Shown: piece by piece, positions 30,023 to 38,378 of the stretch | Layout: every line of letters begins with the position of its first letter | Position numbering within the stretch: the first letter of the stretch is position 1 | Assembly (NCBI GenBank): GCA_963716255.1 | Contig: OY970303.1 | Coordinates: 4,224,001-4,288,000, forward strand | Direction: 5' to 3' | Length of the DNA stretch: 64,000 nucleotides | Origin: an uncultured Gemmatimonadales bacterium | GTDB lineage: Bacteria; Gemmatimonadota; Gemmatimonadetes; Longimicrobiales; Longimicrobiaceae | Position numbers and translations under genes: made by a program | The notes under the pieces: generated by a model | Database searches by the model: none | The model's input: the letters and a program-made list of their open reading frames with translations, nothing else | Told to the model about the DNA's origin: nothing

Positions 30023-31186
30023 ATGAAGATTGTCCACCTGGCCGACCTGCACCTGGGCTTCCGCGCCTACCACCGCGTGACGCCCCGCGGCGTGAACGTG
30101 CGCGAGGCCGACGTGGCCGAGGCCTTCCGCCGCGCGGTGGCCCGCACGCTGGAGCTGCGGCCGGACGTGGTGCTGGTGGCCGGGGACGTGTTCCACACCG
30201 TGCGCCCCTCCAACGCATCCATCGCGGAGGCCTTTCGCCAGCTCTCGGTGCTCTGCGAGGGGCTGCGCGACGTGCCGGTGGTGATCATCGCCGGCAACCA
30301 CGACTCGCCGCGCTCCGCCGACACGGGGAACATCCTCACCCTGTTCCGCGAGATCCCCGGCGTCACCGTGGTCGCGGACGAGGCGCGCGCCGTCCTCCTC
30401 CCGCAGATCGAGACCTCCGTCCTCTGCCTCCCCCACAACTCGCTCGCCGTGGAGAGCGCCGGCCCGGTGCGTATGGAGCCGGACCCGCGCGCGCGCCACA
30501 ACGTACTGATGCTGCACGGCACCGTGGGCGGCAGCGTGGCCGAGCAGAAGCTGCGCTACGTGACCGAGTACGGCGGCGCCATCGTGGCGGACACGGACAT
30601 CGGGCCGGAGCGCTGGGACTACGTGGCGCTGGGCCACTACCACATCGCCACGGAGCTGGCCCCCAACATGTGGTACGCGGGGGGCCTGGAGCGCACCTCC
30701 ACCAACGTGTGGATGGAGGCGGAAGGTCCCAAGGGCTTCCTGTCGTTCGACACGGAGCGGCGCCGGGCGGAGTTCCACGCGGTGGAGACGCGCGCGGTGG
30801 TGGACCTGGCGAGGCTGTCGGCGAAGGGGCTGGCCTCGGCGGAGGTGGACGAGCGCATCCGCGCGGCGGTGGAGGGCGTCCCCGGCGGGATCGCGGGGAA
30901 GATCGTGCGCCTGGTGGTGGCCGACATTCCCCGGGCGCAGGTGCGCGAGCTGAACCACAAGCGGATCCGCGAGTGGAAGGCGGAGGCGCTCCACTTTCAC
31001 CTGGACGCCCGCCCGCCGGAGATCCGCCGCCGGGCGGCCTCGGGGGCGCCGGTGCGCCGGCAGACGCTGCAGGAGCAGGTGGCGAGCTACCTGGGGAAGC
31101 ACTGGCAGCTCAGCTCGGAGACGCTGGAGCGGGCGCGGCTGGTGGAGCTGGGCACGGCGTACGTGGACCGCACCGAGGACGCCTGA
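30023..31186 (+). CDS. sbcD: SbcD/Mre11 nuclease
   Basis: HLADLHLG, AGDVF, AGNHD, HG, ALGHYH metallophosphoesterase motifs. Confidence 0.9.
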   Translation: MKIVHLADLHLGFRAYHRVTPRGVNVREADVAEAFRRAVARTLELRPDVVLVAGDVFHTVRPSNASIAEAFRQLSVLCEGLRDVPVVIIAGNHDSPRSADTGNILTLFREIPGVTVVADEARAVLLPQIETSVLCLPHNSLAVESAGPVRMEPDPRARHNVLMLHGTVGGSVAEQKLRYVTEYGGAIVADTDIGPERWDYVALGHYHIATELAPNMWYAGGLERTSTNVWMEAEGPKGFLSFDTERRRAEFHAVETRAVVDLARLSAKGLASAEVDERIRAAVEGVPGGIAGKIVRLVVADIPRAQVRELNHKRIREWKAEALHFHLDARPPEIRRRAASGAPVRRQTLQEQVASYLGKHWQLSSETLERARLVELGTAYVDRTEDA

Positions 31187-31190
31187 CGCC

Positions 31191-33632
31191 ATGCGCCTGA
31201 TCCGCCTGCGCCTGCGCAACTTCCGGCAGCACGCCGACACCGAGGTCCACTTCCGCCCCGGCCTGACGGGGATCATCGGGCCCAACGGGGCGGGGAAGTC
31301 CACCCTCCTGGAGGCGATCGCCTGGGCCGTGTACGGCGCGGCGGCGGCCCGCGGTACCAACGACACCATCCGCTTCAACCGCGCAGGGGCGCGCACCCGG
31401 GTGGAGGTGGAGCTGGAGTTCGGGCTGGGCGGCCACGAGTTCCGCGTGGTCCGCACGCTGAGCAGCGCAGAGGTCTACCTGGACGGCGGGGCCGCGCCGG
31501 TGGCCGCGACGCTGGGCGGCGCCACGGCCTACCTCCAGGCGCGCATCGGGATGTTGCGCGAGGAGTTCTTCAACACCTACTTCACCGGGCAGAAGGAGCT
31601 CCAGTTCCTCTCCGCCATGGGCCCGGCGGAGCGGGGGCGTTTCCTGTCGCAGGTGCTGGGTTACGAGCGGCTGCGGCGCGCGCAGGACCTGACGCGCACC
31701 CGCCGCAACGAGCTGCGCCACGAGATCAAGGGGCTGCGCACGGCGCTGGGCGACCTGGACGAGATCGTGGCGGAGCGCCGGGCGGCGGAGCAGCGGGTGG
31801 CGGAGGCCATCGCTGCGCACGCTGCCGCGCGCGAGGCGCTGGAGGGCGCGGGGCTGGCGGTGCGCGAGCTGGCGCCGCGCTGGCAGCAGGCGCAGGCCGC
31901 GCGAGAGCTCTTCGGCAAGCTCACCCACGCCATCGACACGGCGGAGCGCGAGCGGGACGCGGCGCGGCGCGACGTGCTGCGCGCGGAGGGGGAGCTGGAG
32001 TCGGTGGCGAAGGCGGAGGCGGAGCTGGCGCCGCTGCGCGCCCAGCTGGCGGATCTCCCCGCCGTCACCAGCGACTGCGAGCGGCAGACGGAGCTGGCGA
32101 AGAAGGACGCGACGCGCAAGCAGCTGGTGAAGCAGCTGGCGGAGCTGGACGAGCAGGTGGCACGCGCCCGCGAGCGGCTGACGCGGGTGGAGCAGGCGCC
32201 GGAGCTGGAAAAGAAGTACGCGGAGGAGCTGGAGGGGCTGCGCGCGGAGCGTGCGGAGGCGGAGCGCGACTCGGACGAGAGAAAGACGGCGTGGCTGCGC
32301 GACCGGCAGGACGCGGAGACCAAGCTGGGGACGTACCGCGACCGCGGCATCGAGCTCAAGGAGCAGATCCGCCAGTGCCGCGAGCTGGGGCCGGAGGGGG
32401 CGTGCCCCACCTGCGGCCGCCCCATGGGCGCGGACTACGAGCGGCTTCTGGAGGAGATGGAGGACCAGTGGGTCACCATCGTCCAGGACGGCAAGTGGTG
32501 GGCGAGCCGCTTCGAGCAGCTCAAGGACAAGCCGGAGGACGTGGCGGAGGCGGAGCTGCGCGTCCGCGCCCTCGCCGAGCAGGTGGACGCCTGCTCGCGC
32601 AAGCTCACGCGCTGCGAGGAGGCGGTCAAGGAGCTCAAGAACCTCCGCGCGGAGCAGGCGCAGCGGGAGGAGCGGCGCGCCGCGCTGGCGGCGGAGGTCG
32701 CGGCGGTCCCCGCCGGCTACGACCGCGCGCTCCACGACGCGGCGGAGGCGCGGCTGCGCGGCCTGCGCGAGACGGAGAAGCGGGCGGCGCGCCTGGAGGA
32801 GGCGGCTGCGCGGCGGCCGGCATGGGAGCGCGACCGGCTGGACGCGCAGGTGCGCGAGACGGCGGCGGCGGAGCGGGGACGGGCGGCGGCGGCGGAGCGG
32901 GCGGCGCTCGCCTTCTCGGAGGAGGCGTTCGTGGGGCTGCGCACCGGGTACGAGGCGGCCAGCGACCGGTTCCGCAGGGCGGAGCTGCACGCCACGGAGC
33001 TGCGCGGGCAGGTGGCCACGGTGGAGCAGGCACTCCAGGGCGCCATGCACCGCGAAGCGGAGTACCACCGGCGCGCGGGTGACATCGTGGAGCGGGAGCT
33101 GGACCTGCGCTACCACGAGGAGCTGGACCTTGCCTTCTCGGAGCTGCGCGCGGAGCTCAACGCGCAGGTGCGGCCGGAGCTGTCGGAGATCGCGTCCACC
33201 TTCCTGGCGCAGCTCACGGACGGGCGCTACACGGCCATAGAGATCGACGACGCGTACAACATCCTGGTGCTGGACGAGGGCGAGGAGAAGCCGGTGATCT
33301 CGGGCGGCGAGGAGGACGTGGCGAACCTGGTGCTGCGCCTGTCGCTGTCGCAGATGATCGCGGAGCGGGCGGGGCACCCGCTGTCGCTGCTCATCCTGGA
33401 CGAGGTGTTCGGGTCGCTGGACGTGGCGCGGCGGGACAACGTGGTGCAACTGCTGCACCACCTGGAGGACCGGTTCGAGCAGGTGATCCTCATCACGCAC
33501 ATCGAGGGGATCCGCGAGAGCCTGGACCAGGTGCTGCGCGTGGAGTACGACGAGCGCACGGGGACGGCGGTGGTGCGGGAGGAGTCGTTCAGCGGGGAAG
33601 ACCCGGAGGCGCCGGGGCTCGCGGCGGATTGA
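31191..33632 (+). CDS. sbcC: SbcC/Rad50 SMC ATPase
   Basis: GPNGAGKST Walker A, coiled coil, CPTC zinc hook, ISGGE signature, LILDEVFGSLD, ITH. Confidence 0.92.
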   Translation: MRLIRLRLRNFRQHADTEVHFRPGLTGIIGPNGAGKSTLLEAIAWAVYGAAAARGTNDTIRFNRAGARTRVEVELEFGLGGHEFRVVRTLSSAEVYLDGGAAPVAATLGGATAYLQARIGMLREEFFNTYFTGQKELQFLSAMGPAERGRFLSQVLGYERLRRAQDLTRTRRNELRHEIKGLRTALGDLDEIVAERRAAEQRVAEAIAAHAAAREALEGAGLAVRELAPRWQQAQAARELFGKLTHAIDTAERERDAARRDVLRAEGELESVAKAEAELAPLRAQLADLPAVTSDCERQTELAKKDATRKQLVKQLAELDEQVARARERLTRVEQAPELEKKYAEELEGLRAERAEAERDSDERKTAWLRDRQDAETKLGTYRDRGIELKEQIRQCRELGPEGACPTCGRPMGADYERLLEEMEDQWVTIVQDGKWWASRFEQLKDKPEDVAEAELRVRALAEQVDACSRKLTRCEEAVKELKNLRAEQAQREERRAALAAEVAAVPAGYDRALHDAAEARLRGLRETEKRAARLEEAAARRPAWERDRLDAQVRETAAAERGRAAAAERAALAFSEEAFVGLRTGYEAASDRFRRAELHATELRGQVATVEQALQGAMHREAEYHRRAGDIVERELDLRYHEELDLAFSELRAELNAQVRPELSEIASTFLAQLTDGRYTAIEIDDAYNILVLDEGEEKPVISGGEEDVANLVLRLSLSQMIAERAGHPLSLLILDEVFGSLDVARRDNVVQLLHHLEDRFEQVILITHIEGIRESLDQVLRVEYDERTGTAVVREESFSGEDPEAPGLAAD

Positions 33633-33702
33633 TGGGGTTCGCACGTACTGTGGCCCGAGTCGTGAAGTCGTAGAGCAGTTCACCAGCACGGGAGCCGTAA
33701 CC

Positions 33703-33903
33703 ATGACCACAACGCTGTACGCCACCTTCGACGGCGAAGTCCTCCGCCCGGAGGAGCCGATCTCGCTCGCGCCGAACACGCGGGTGCGTCTGGTCATCGA
33801 GACCGAGGCGGACGAAGAGCTTCCCGCGTCTTCCTTCCTCCGCACCGCGCAGGGGCTCAACCTTGATGGCCCACCCGACTGGTCGTCACGGCTGGATGAA
33901 TGA
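33703..33903 (+). CDS. Antitoxin-like protein (AF2212/DUF104 family), no partner toxin adjacent
   Basis: TLYATFDGEVLRPEEPISLAPNTRVRL...GPPDWSSRLDE pattern. Confidence 0.7.
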   Translation: MTTTLYATFDGEVLRPEEPISLAPNTRVRLVIETEADEELPASSFLRTAQGLNLDGPPDWSSRLDE

Positions 33904-33969
33904 GTACGGTTCCATTCCTGTGTTAATTGTGATTCCACAGCAAGATCTAGAACTAACCGTTCAGACCAA

Positions 33970-34788
33970 ATGACCGAAGATTGGATTTTTGAAGGCCTGA
34001 ATAGTGGCATAGCGACTTACCGTCTACGAAATTGGGCTTCATACTACCCTCTTATCGAGCAAACTCTTACGGTGGGTGGCTCTCACACACGGGATTTTGT
34101 TTGGCGAGGGCAACGGCGGCACGATTGGCCTCTCCGCCCATCCTTTGATAGGCTAATTGGGCGCCTCACGACCGAATCGGGTTCGGTGATCGCCAACAAT
34201 CCCGAAGATTGCCTCCGGAACCATTTGGAACGGTTCCGCATGGCTGTACGAGGACGCCGTGGGCTGAATCCTCCCGAACTTCCGTTGGAGAATGACTGGT
34301 GGGCACTTGGCCAACACTATGGCTTAGCCACTCCTCTCTTGGATTGGACAAGATCCCCGTTCGCGGCAGCATACTTTGCGTTTGAAGACGACAATTCAGA
34401 TACGACAGAGTATAGAGTTGTGTATGGGCTTGATCGGCGAGCAGTAGATCTCCGAAATGACGATTTGGCGACTGCCGAAAGTGTTGAGGTTGGACGTCCG
34501 CCTCTCCTCGAATTCTACGATCCTTTGTCAAACGAGAATCCGCGACTCGTGGCGCAGGGTGGTCTGTTCACAAGAACTCCGCTAGGCACTCCTGTGGAGC
34601 AATGGATTAGCGCGGTTTTCGAAGAAGCGCCCGATCCTGTCTTATATCGTGTTCTGATTCCAAGCCAGGATCGATCTGCGTGCTTGCGTGCGCTTAATCG
34701 AATGAACATCAATCATCTGTCACTGTTTCCAGATCTCAACGGGGCCTCCCGCTTCGTGAATCTTGCCCTTGAAGATTCTCACCGATAG
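33970..34788 (+). CDS. FRG domain-containing protein
   Basis: VWRGQ...W.L.PSFDR, ALGQHYGLATPLLDWTRSPFAAAYFA, NPRLVAQGGLFT, LFPDL.G; low GC. Confidence 0.9.
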   Translation: MTEDWIFEGLNSGIATYRLRNWASYYPLIEQTLTVGGSHTRDFVWRGQRRHDWPLRPSFDRLIGRLTTESGSVIANNPEDCLRNHLERFRMAVRGRRGLNPPELPLENDWWALGQHYGLATPLLDWTRSPFAAAYFAFEDDNSDTTEYRVVYGLDRRAVDLRNDDLATAESVEVGRPPLLEFYDPLSNENPRLVAQGGLFTRTPLGTPVEQWISAVFEEAPDPVLYRVLIPSQDRSACLRALNRMNINHLSLFPDLNGASRFVNLALEDSHR

Positions 34789-34796
34789 GAACCACA

Positions 34797-35882
34797 ATGG
34801 CTTTAATCTATGTCCCGATTGTTAAGGGCAAGGAAGGTGAGTACGCTGCACTTGGTGCTCTCAACATCTCAGTGCGTCAGCAAGTTATCCCGCTAATTGA
34901 GATCCCCGGGATTCCGTACGACTATGTCAATAATCGCCCCGCGCGAAGCCTCGATGCGCACGTGCAGGGTGTTGCCAGGAAAGTCGATTCATGCTGGGGG
35001 GCCGAACGCCCGATTTACATCGATTTTTCAGCACATGCTGACGGAGAGTTGTTAGGTGACGGCACCCATGTTTTACAGTTGGTGCTTTCTGAAGCACGGA
35101 AAATTGGTGTTCAAGCGATTCCGGTGGTCTATACCTCTAGTTCGCCGGAATGCCTAAGCGAGGCGTCGCTACATGCTCGTGAAATGCAGCAGGGGGTATG
35201 TCTGAGATTGCTCGTTGGAGATTTCGATGAGGAAGTGGACTTAGAGACTCGAATCAACGCGATATTGGAGATCCTCCAATTGGGAGAGTCGGAGATCGAC
35301 GTCATTTTGGATCTTGAGGAGATTCAAGACGACCTCCAGCGCTCCATTCTTGTCGCTCGAGCACTGCTGGGTGGCGTTCCTCGCCCGACAACTTGGCGGC
35401 GGTTGATCTTGGCCGCGTCCTCTTTTCCGGAAGATCTACGAGATGTGAATGCGGCAACCGTAACTACGTTGCCTCGCAGGGAGTGGGAGCTTTGGGGGGC
35501 ATTGAACCGACGTCCCGAAAGGCTTCCCCGGAGGGATCTGGTGTATGCAGACTACGGGATTACGCATCCCAGTCTTAGGGAACTTGATCCGCGCACGATG
35601 CGGATGAGCGCAAGTATTCGCTACACTGGGCGGGACGAGTGGGTGATCGTAAAGGGCAGGAACGTACGCCAGTTCGGATTCGAGCAGTACTTCGACCTCT
35701 GTGAAGCACTCGTGCAGCATCCGAGTTTCACAGGTCGGGAACTTTCCTGGGGAGACGGCTTCATCGCTGATACGGCTGCTAGAAAGGCTGGGCCAGGCAA
35801 TGCCACTACGTGGCGGAAAGTCGGCACAAACCACCACATTACTCTCGTAGCGATCCAACTCGCCACGTTGAACGGCCCTTGA
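34797..35882 (+). CDS. Beta family protein (T4 beta/sce7725-like)
   Basis: YVPIVKGKEGEYAAL, PLIEI, SSFP, YADYG, IRYT, SWGD, GNATTWRKVGTNHHITLV. Confidence 0.85.
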   Translation: MALIYVPIVKGKEGEYAALGALNISVRQQVIPLIEIPGIPYDYVNNRPARSLDAHVQGVARKVDSCWGAERPIYIDFSAHADGELLGDGTHVLQLVLSEARKIGVQAIPVVYTSSSPECLSEASLHAREMQQGVCLRLLVGDFDEEVDLETRINAILEILQLGESEIDVILDLEEIQDDLQRSILVARALLGGVPRPTTWRRLILAASSFPEDLRDVNAATVTTLPRREWELWGALNRRPERLPRRDLVYADYGITHPSLRELDPRTMRMSASIRYTGRDEWVIVKGRNVRQFGFEQYFDLCEALVQHPSFTGRELSWGDGFIADTAARKAGPGNATTWRKVGTNHHITLVAIQLATLNGP

Positions 35883-36429
35883 GCCTAGACCGAATAATCT
35901 GACCTAACTCTTCGGGAGGAATAGAGTCAGCTAGCCGTTGCCAGATTGCCCGGCGAGGCTTCGTGCGAAGACCATTGTCTAGATTTCTCGAAGTTAGCTC
36001 GTCTAGTGCTTCGGCGCGCCACAATAGTTGCGCCTGGGCAAATGCGTCCACCTGTGGATTGTCAGACGGCGATCTAACCAGCCTAAGTTCGATCGATCCG
36101 TCTTGCGCCTGCTTGGCTTCGGAGATACCCCACCACTTGGGAATGATAGCCCTAACTCCTCGCAGATGCTTGGGGTCGACCACAATGGTCACCCGGTCCA
36201 GAGCTCGTCCGTAAATTTCGGATTGGGTTGGAAGTCGCGAGAGTGTATCTTGTGCACTCTTTATCTCGAACCCATGCACTTTTCCGTTGACAACAGCGAT
36301 GTCGACGCGTGCGACACCCTCGCACAATCCCAATTCTTCGAGAATCAGGGTGTCGGGATCGCAAGCGTGCTCTAAGTTGACTGCGCTAAGCAGGGCGAGG
36401 CGGATGTCGAGCTCACGCATGGGTTCCAT
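35839..36429 (-). CDS. sce7726 family protein (PD-(D/E)xK-like nuclease fold)
   Basis: MRELDIR, ARVDIAVVNG.VHGFEIKSAQDTLSRLPTQ...Y, PKWWGI, LLWRAE. Confidence 0.85.
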   Translation of the reverse strand: MEPMRELDIRLALLSAVNLEHACDPDTLILEELGLCEGVARVDIAVVNGKVHGFEIKSAQDTLSRLPTQSEIYGRALDRVTIVVDPKHLRGVRAIIPKWWGISEAKQAQDGSIELRLVRSPSDNPQVDAFAQAQLLWRAEALDELTSRNLDNGLRTKPRRAIWQRLADSIPPEELGQIIRSRLKGRSTWRVGSLRE

Positions 36430-36796
36430 ACCTAATTGTGAGACCCTATCCTAATTGCCACTTCTGCTACCTGCAAGATAGATGCTGCCGCAAGAGAAGG
36501 AAGGGAAACGAGAGCCGAGTTAGGTGCCCAGCGGTGAAGGCGTTCTGAGGCCCCATTGTTCCACCTACTTGCAAGTGTTCTCCCGACCTTTCCACCACCT
36601 CCACTGCCCGATCCTGCGACAGCTTCTCCGCCATCCACAATTCCTTGCGCGGACTGAACGCCACATCCTGAACCGTAGCGCCCCCGGCTAACGGTTAAGG
36701 CAGCACCCGGGGCGGTCCGCTGCTTGCACCGTCCCCGCGGCCCATCCCCGCACGGAACCGCCGTGCGGGCGAGCGACACGCGAGTGGAGGACAAGC

Positions 36797-37117
36797 ATGA
36801 GGCAGCTGAGCAGTTCCGGCGAGGTGGATTCCGCCGTCTCCGGCGAGACCGCGATCCTGTACAAGCACAGCACCACCTGCCCCATCAGCGCGGCAGCGCA
36901 CGAGCAGATGGAAACCTTCCTCCAGCGCAACCCCGACGCCCCGTTCTACATGGTGGACGTCCACGAGTCGGCGGACGTGTCCAGCTACCTGGCGGACAAG
37001 ACCGGCATCGACCACGAGTCGCCGCAGGTGATCGTGTTCCGCGACGGCAAAGCCGCCTGGCACGCATCGCACTACGACATCACTGCGGGCGACCTGGAGC
37101 AGCAGCTGAAGAGCTGA
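36797..37117 (+). CDS. ytxJ: Monothiol thioredoxin-fold protein, bacillithiol-system YtxJ/DUF2847 family
   Basis: KHSTTCPIS and HESPQ motifs, W.ASH..IT. Confidence 0.85.
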   Translation: MRQLSSSGEVDSAVSGETAILYKHSTTCPISAAAHEQMETFLQRNPDAPFYMVDVHESADVSSYLADKTGIDHESPQVIVFRDGKAAWHASHYDITAGDLEQQLKS

Positions 37118-37190
37118 AGTCGAGGCGTCGGCACTCGACGCTGCAAGGGCCGTTGTGTCACAAATCACAGAGATTCGCTCGGGTGCGCCC

Positions 37191-37466
37191 ATGAATTCGA
37201 GAGCTTTCGTCACGGACGTGGCTCGTAACTTCGAGAAGTACATCGACCGGGTTACGTCTCGTGGCGAGCGCTTCGTTCTCTTGCGCGGAAAGCAGGTCGT
37301 CGCCGAACTGCGTCCGATCGCTGCGCGAAAGAGACTCCGAGATCTGCCCGAGATGCTTGCGTCGCTTCCCCACCTCACCGAGGCGGAAGCAGTGGACCTG
37401 GCTGCGGATCTCGGCCATGCCCGCCGCGATCTCGCTTGGCCGCACCGGTGCTGGGAGGAAGACTAA
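37191..37466 (+). CDS. Phd/YefM-type antitoxin, no partner toxin adjacent
   Basis: VTDVARNF..YIDRV..RGERFVLLRG..VVAELRP. Confidence 0.7.
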   Translation: MNSRAFVTDVARNFEKYIDRVTSRGERFVLLRGKQVVAELRPIAARKRLRDLPEMLASLPHLTEAEAVDLAADLGHARRDLAWPHRCWEED

Positions 37467-37541
37467 GACTCCACGTCGTGATCGGCGTAGAGGCCTGGTT
37501 GTAAGTCGCCACTCTCGCCGACGGCCAGGGAGCCGAAGCAA

Positions 37542-37574
37542 GTCGGGGGCGCCGCTGTTAGCGGCGCCCCCGAC
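37542..37574. terminator. Bidirectional GC hairpin between convergent genes
   Basis: gtcgggggcgccgct-gtt-agcggcgcccccgac. Confidence 0.55.
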
Positions 37575-37662
37575 GCGTCTCCGCCGAACGGCGGCGTGCC
37601 TTCCCCTCACCGGCTTCAACCCGCTTCTCCACGGTGCCCCGTCGGACGCCGCGCCCCTCGCG

Positions 37663-38208
37663 CTACTGCCTGAACTGCTTCCTGCGCTCCACCAGGCCGT
37701 CGATGACGCCGGCGGGGACGACCTCCGTCACCGCGGAGTACACCTCCCGCAGGGCTGCGCGGTCCTCGTCGCGGGGCATGTCCGGGAGCTTCGCGCGCCG
37801 GCCCCCGGCGACCGCCTCCAGCCACTCGCCGGCCGCGCCCACCATCGCAGGGCCGTCGCGCCACTCCCGGTCCCACACGCCCCGCTCGCGCATCGTCGCG
37901 TACAGGGCGCGGAGCTGCGCATCGCTCACGGGGAAGCGCTCGGTCCAGATGGGACCACTGTAGCCCGGCTGGAAATCGACCCGGCCCTCGCTCCCCGGGC
38001 CCAGGTGCACCGAGTAGCTGTACTGGTACTGCGGCGGCAGCGATCCGGTGGACCAGGCGTAGCGGACGGTGAAGTCGGCCGGCATCGCGGTGGATTCCCC
38101 CTGCGGCCCGGGTGCCGACGCAGGGCATCCGGCGAGGAGCGCGAGGGCCGCGAGGGGTGCGAGACGGCGGAGGAAGGGGAGGCGGTGGGTCATGGCGTCT
38201 GTCTCCAT
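37663..38208 (-). CDS. Hypothetical lipoprotein
   Basis: Lipobox LLAGC; W.TGSLPPQY motif; start 38208 or 38193. Confidence 0.7.
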   Translation of the reverse strand: METDAMTHRLPFLRRLAPLAALALLAGCPASAPGPQGESTAMPADFTVRYAWSTGSLPPQYQYSYSVHLGPGSEGRVDFQPGYSGPIWTERFPVSDAQLRALYATMRERGVWDREWRDGPAMVGAAGEWLEAVAGGRRAKLPDMPRDEDRAALREVYSAVTEVVPAGVIDGLVERRKQFRQ

Positions 38209-38378
38209 GAGGGCGGGCGCGGGGGCCCGTGCTTGTCCGGAAGGGTGCCCAAGTTTACGTTGCCGCGCGAGCTTGCCGCAACACCGGGCGGGCCGCCCGG
38301 TGGGGATCCTTTCGCGGGGTCCCGCATATCACACGGGTCTCCGTCCGGACGATTCCCCCACACCTCCAGGGTCACCGA

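Noticed and set aside
31191..33632. SMC ATPase as part of a defence system (Wadjet/Lamassu)
   Set aside because: Directly paired with SbcD, has Rad50 zinc hook and host-like GC; ordinary SbcCD.
36467..36664. 65-aa ORF upstream of sce7726 gene
   Set aside because: No recognisable motif or convincing start; may be a gene remnant, not supportable.
36510..36716. Integron attC-like motifs (gttaggt at ~36519; ggctaac..gttaagg at ~36686) at island edge
   Set aside because: No properly spaced R''/L''-L'/R' palindrome and no integron integrase; island genes are not arranged as cassettes.
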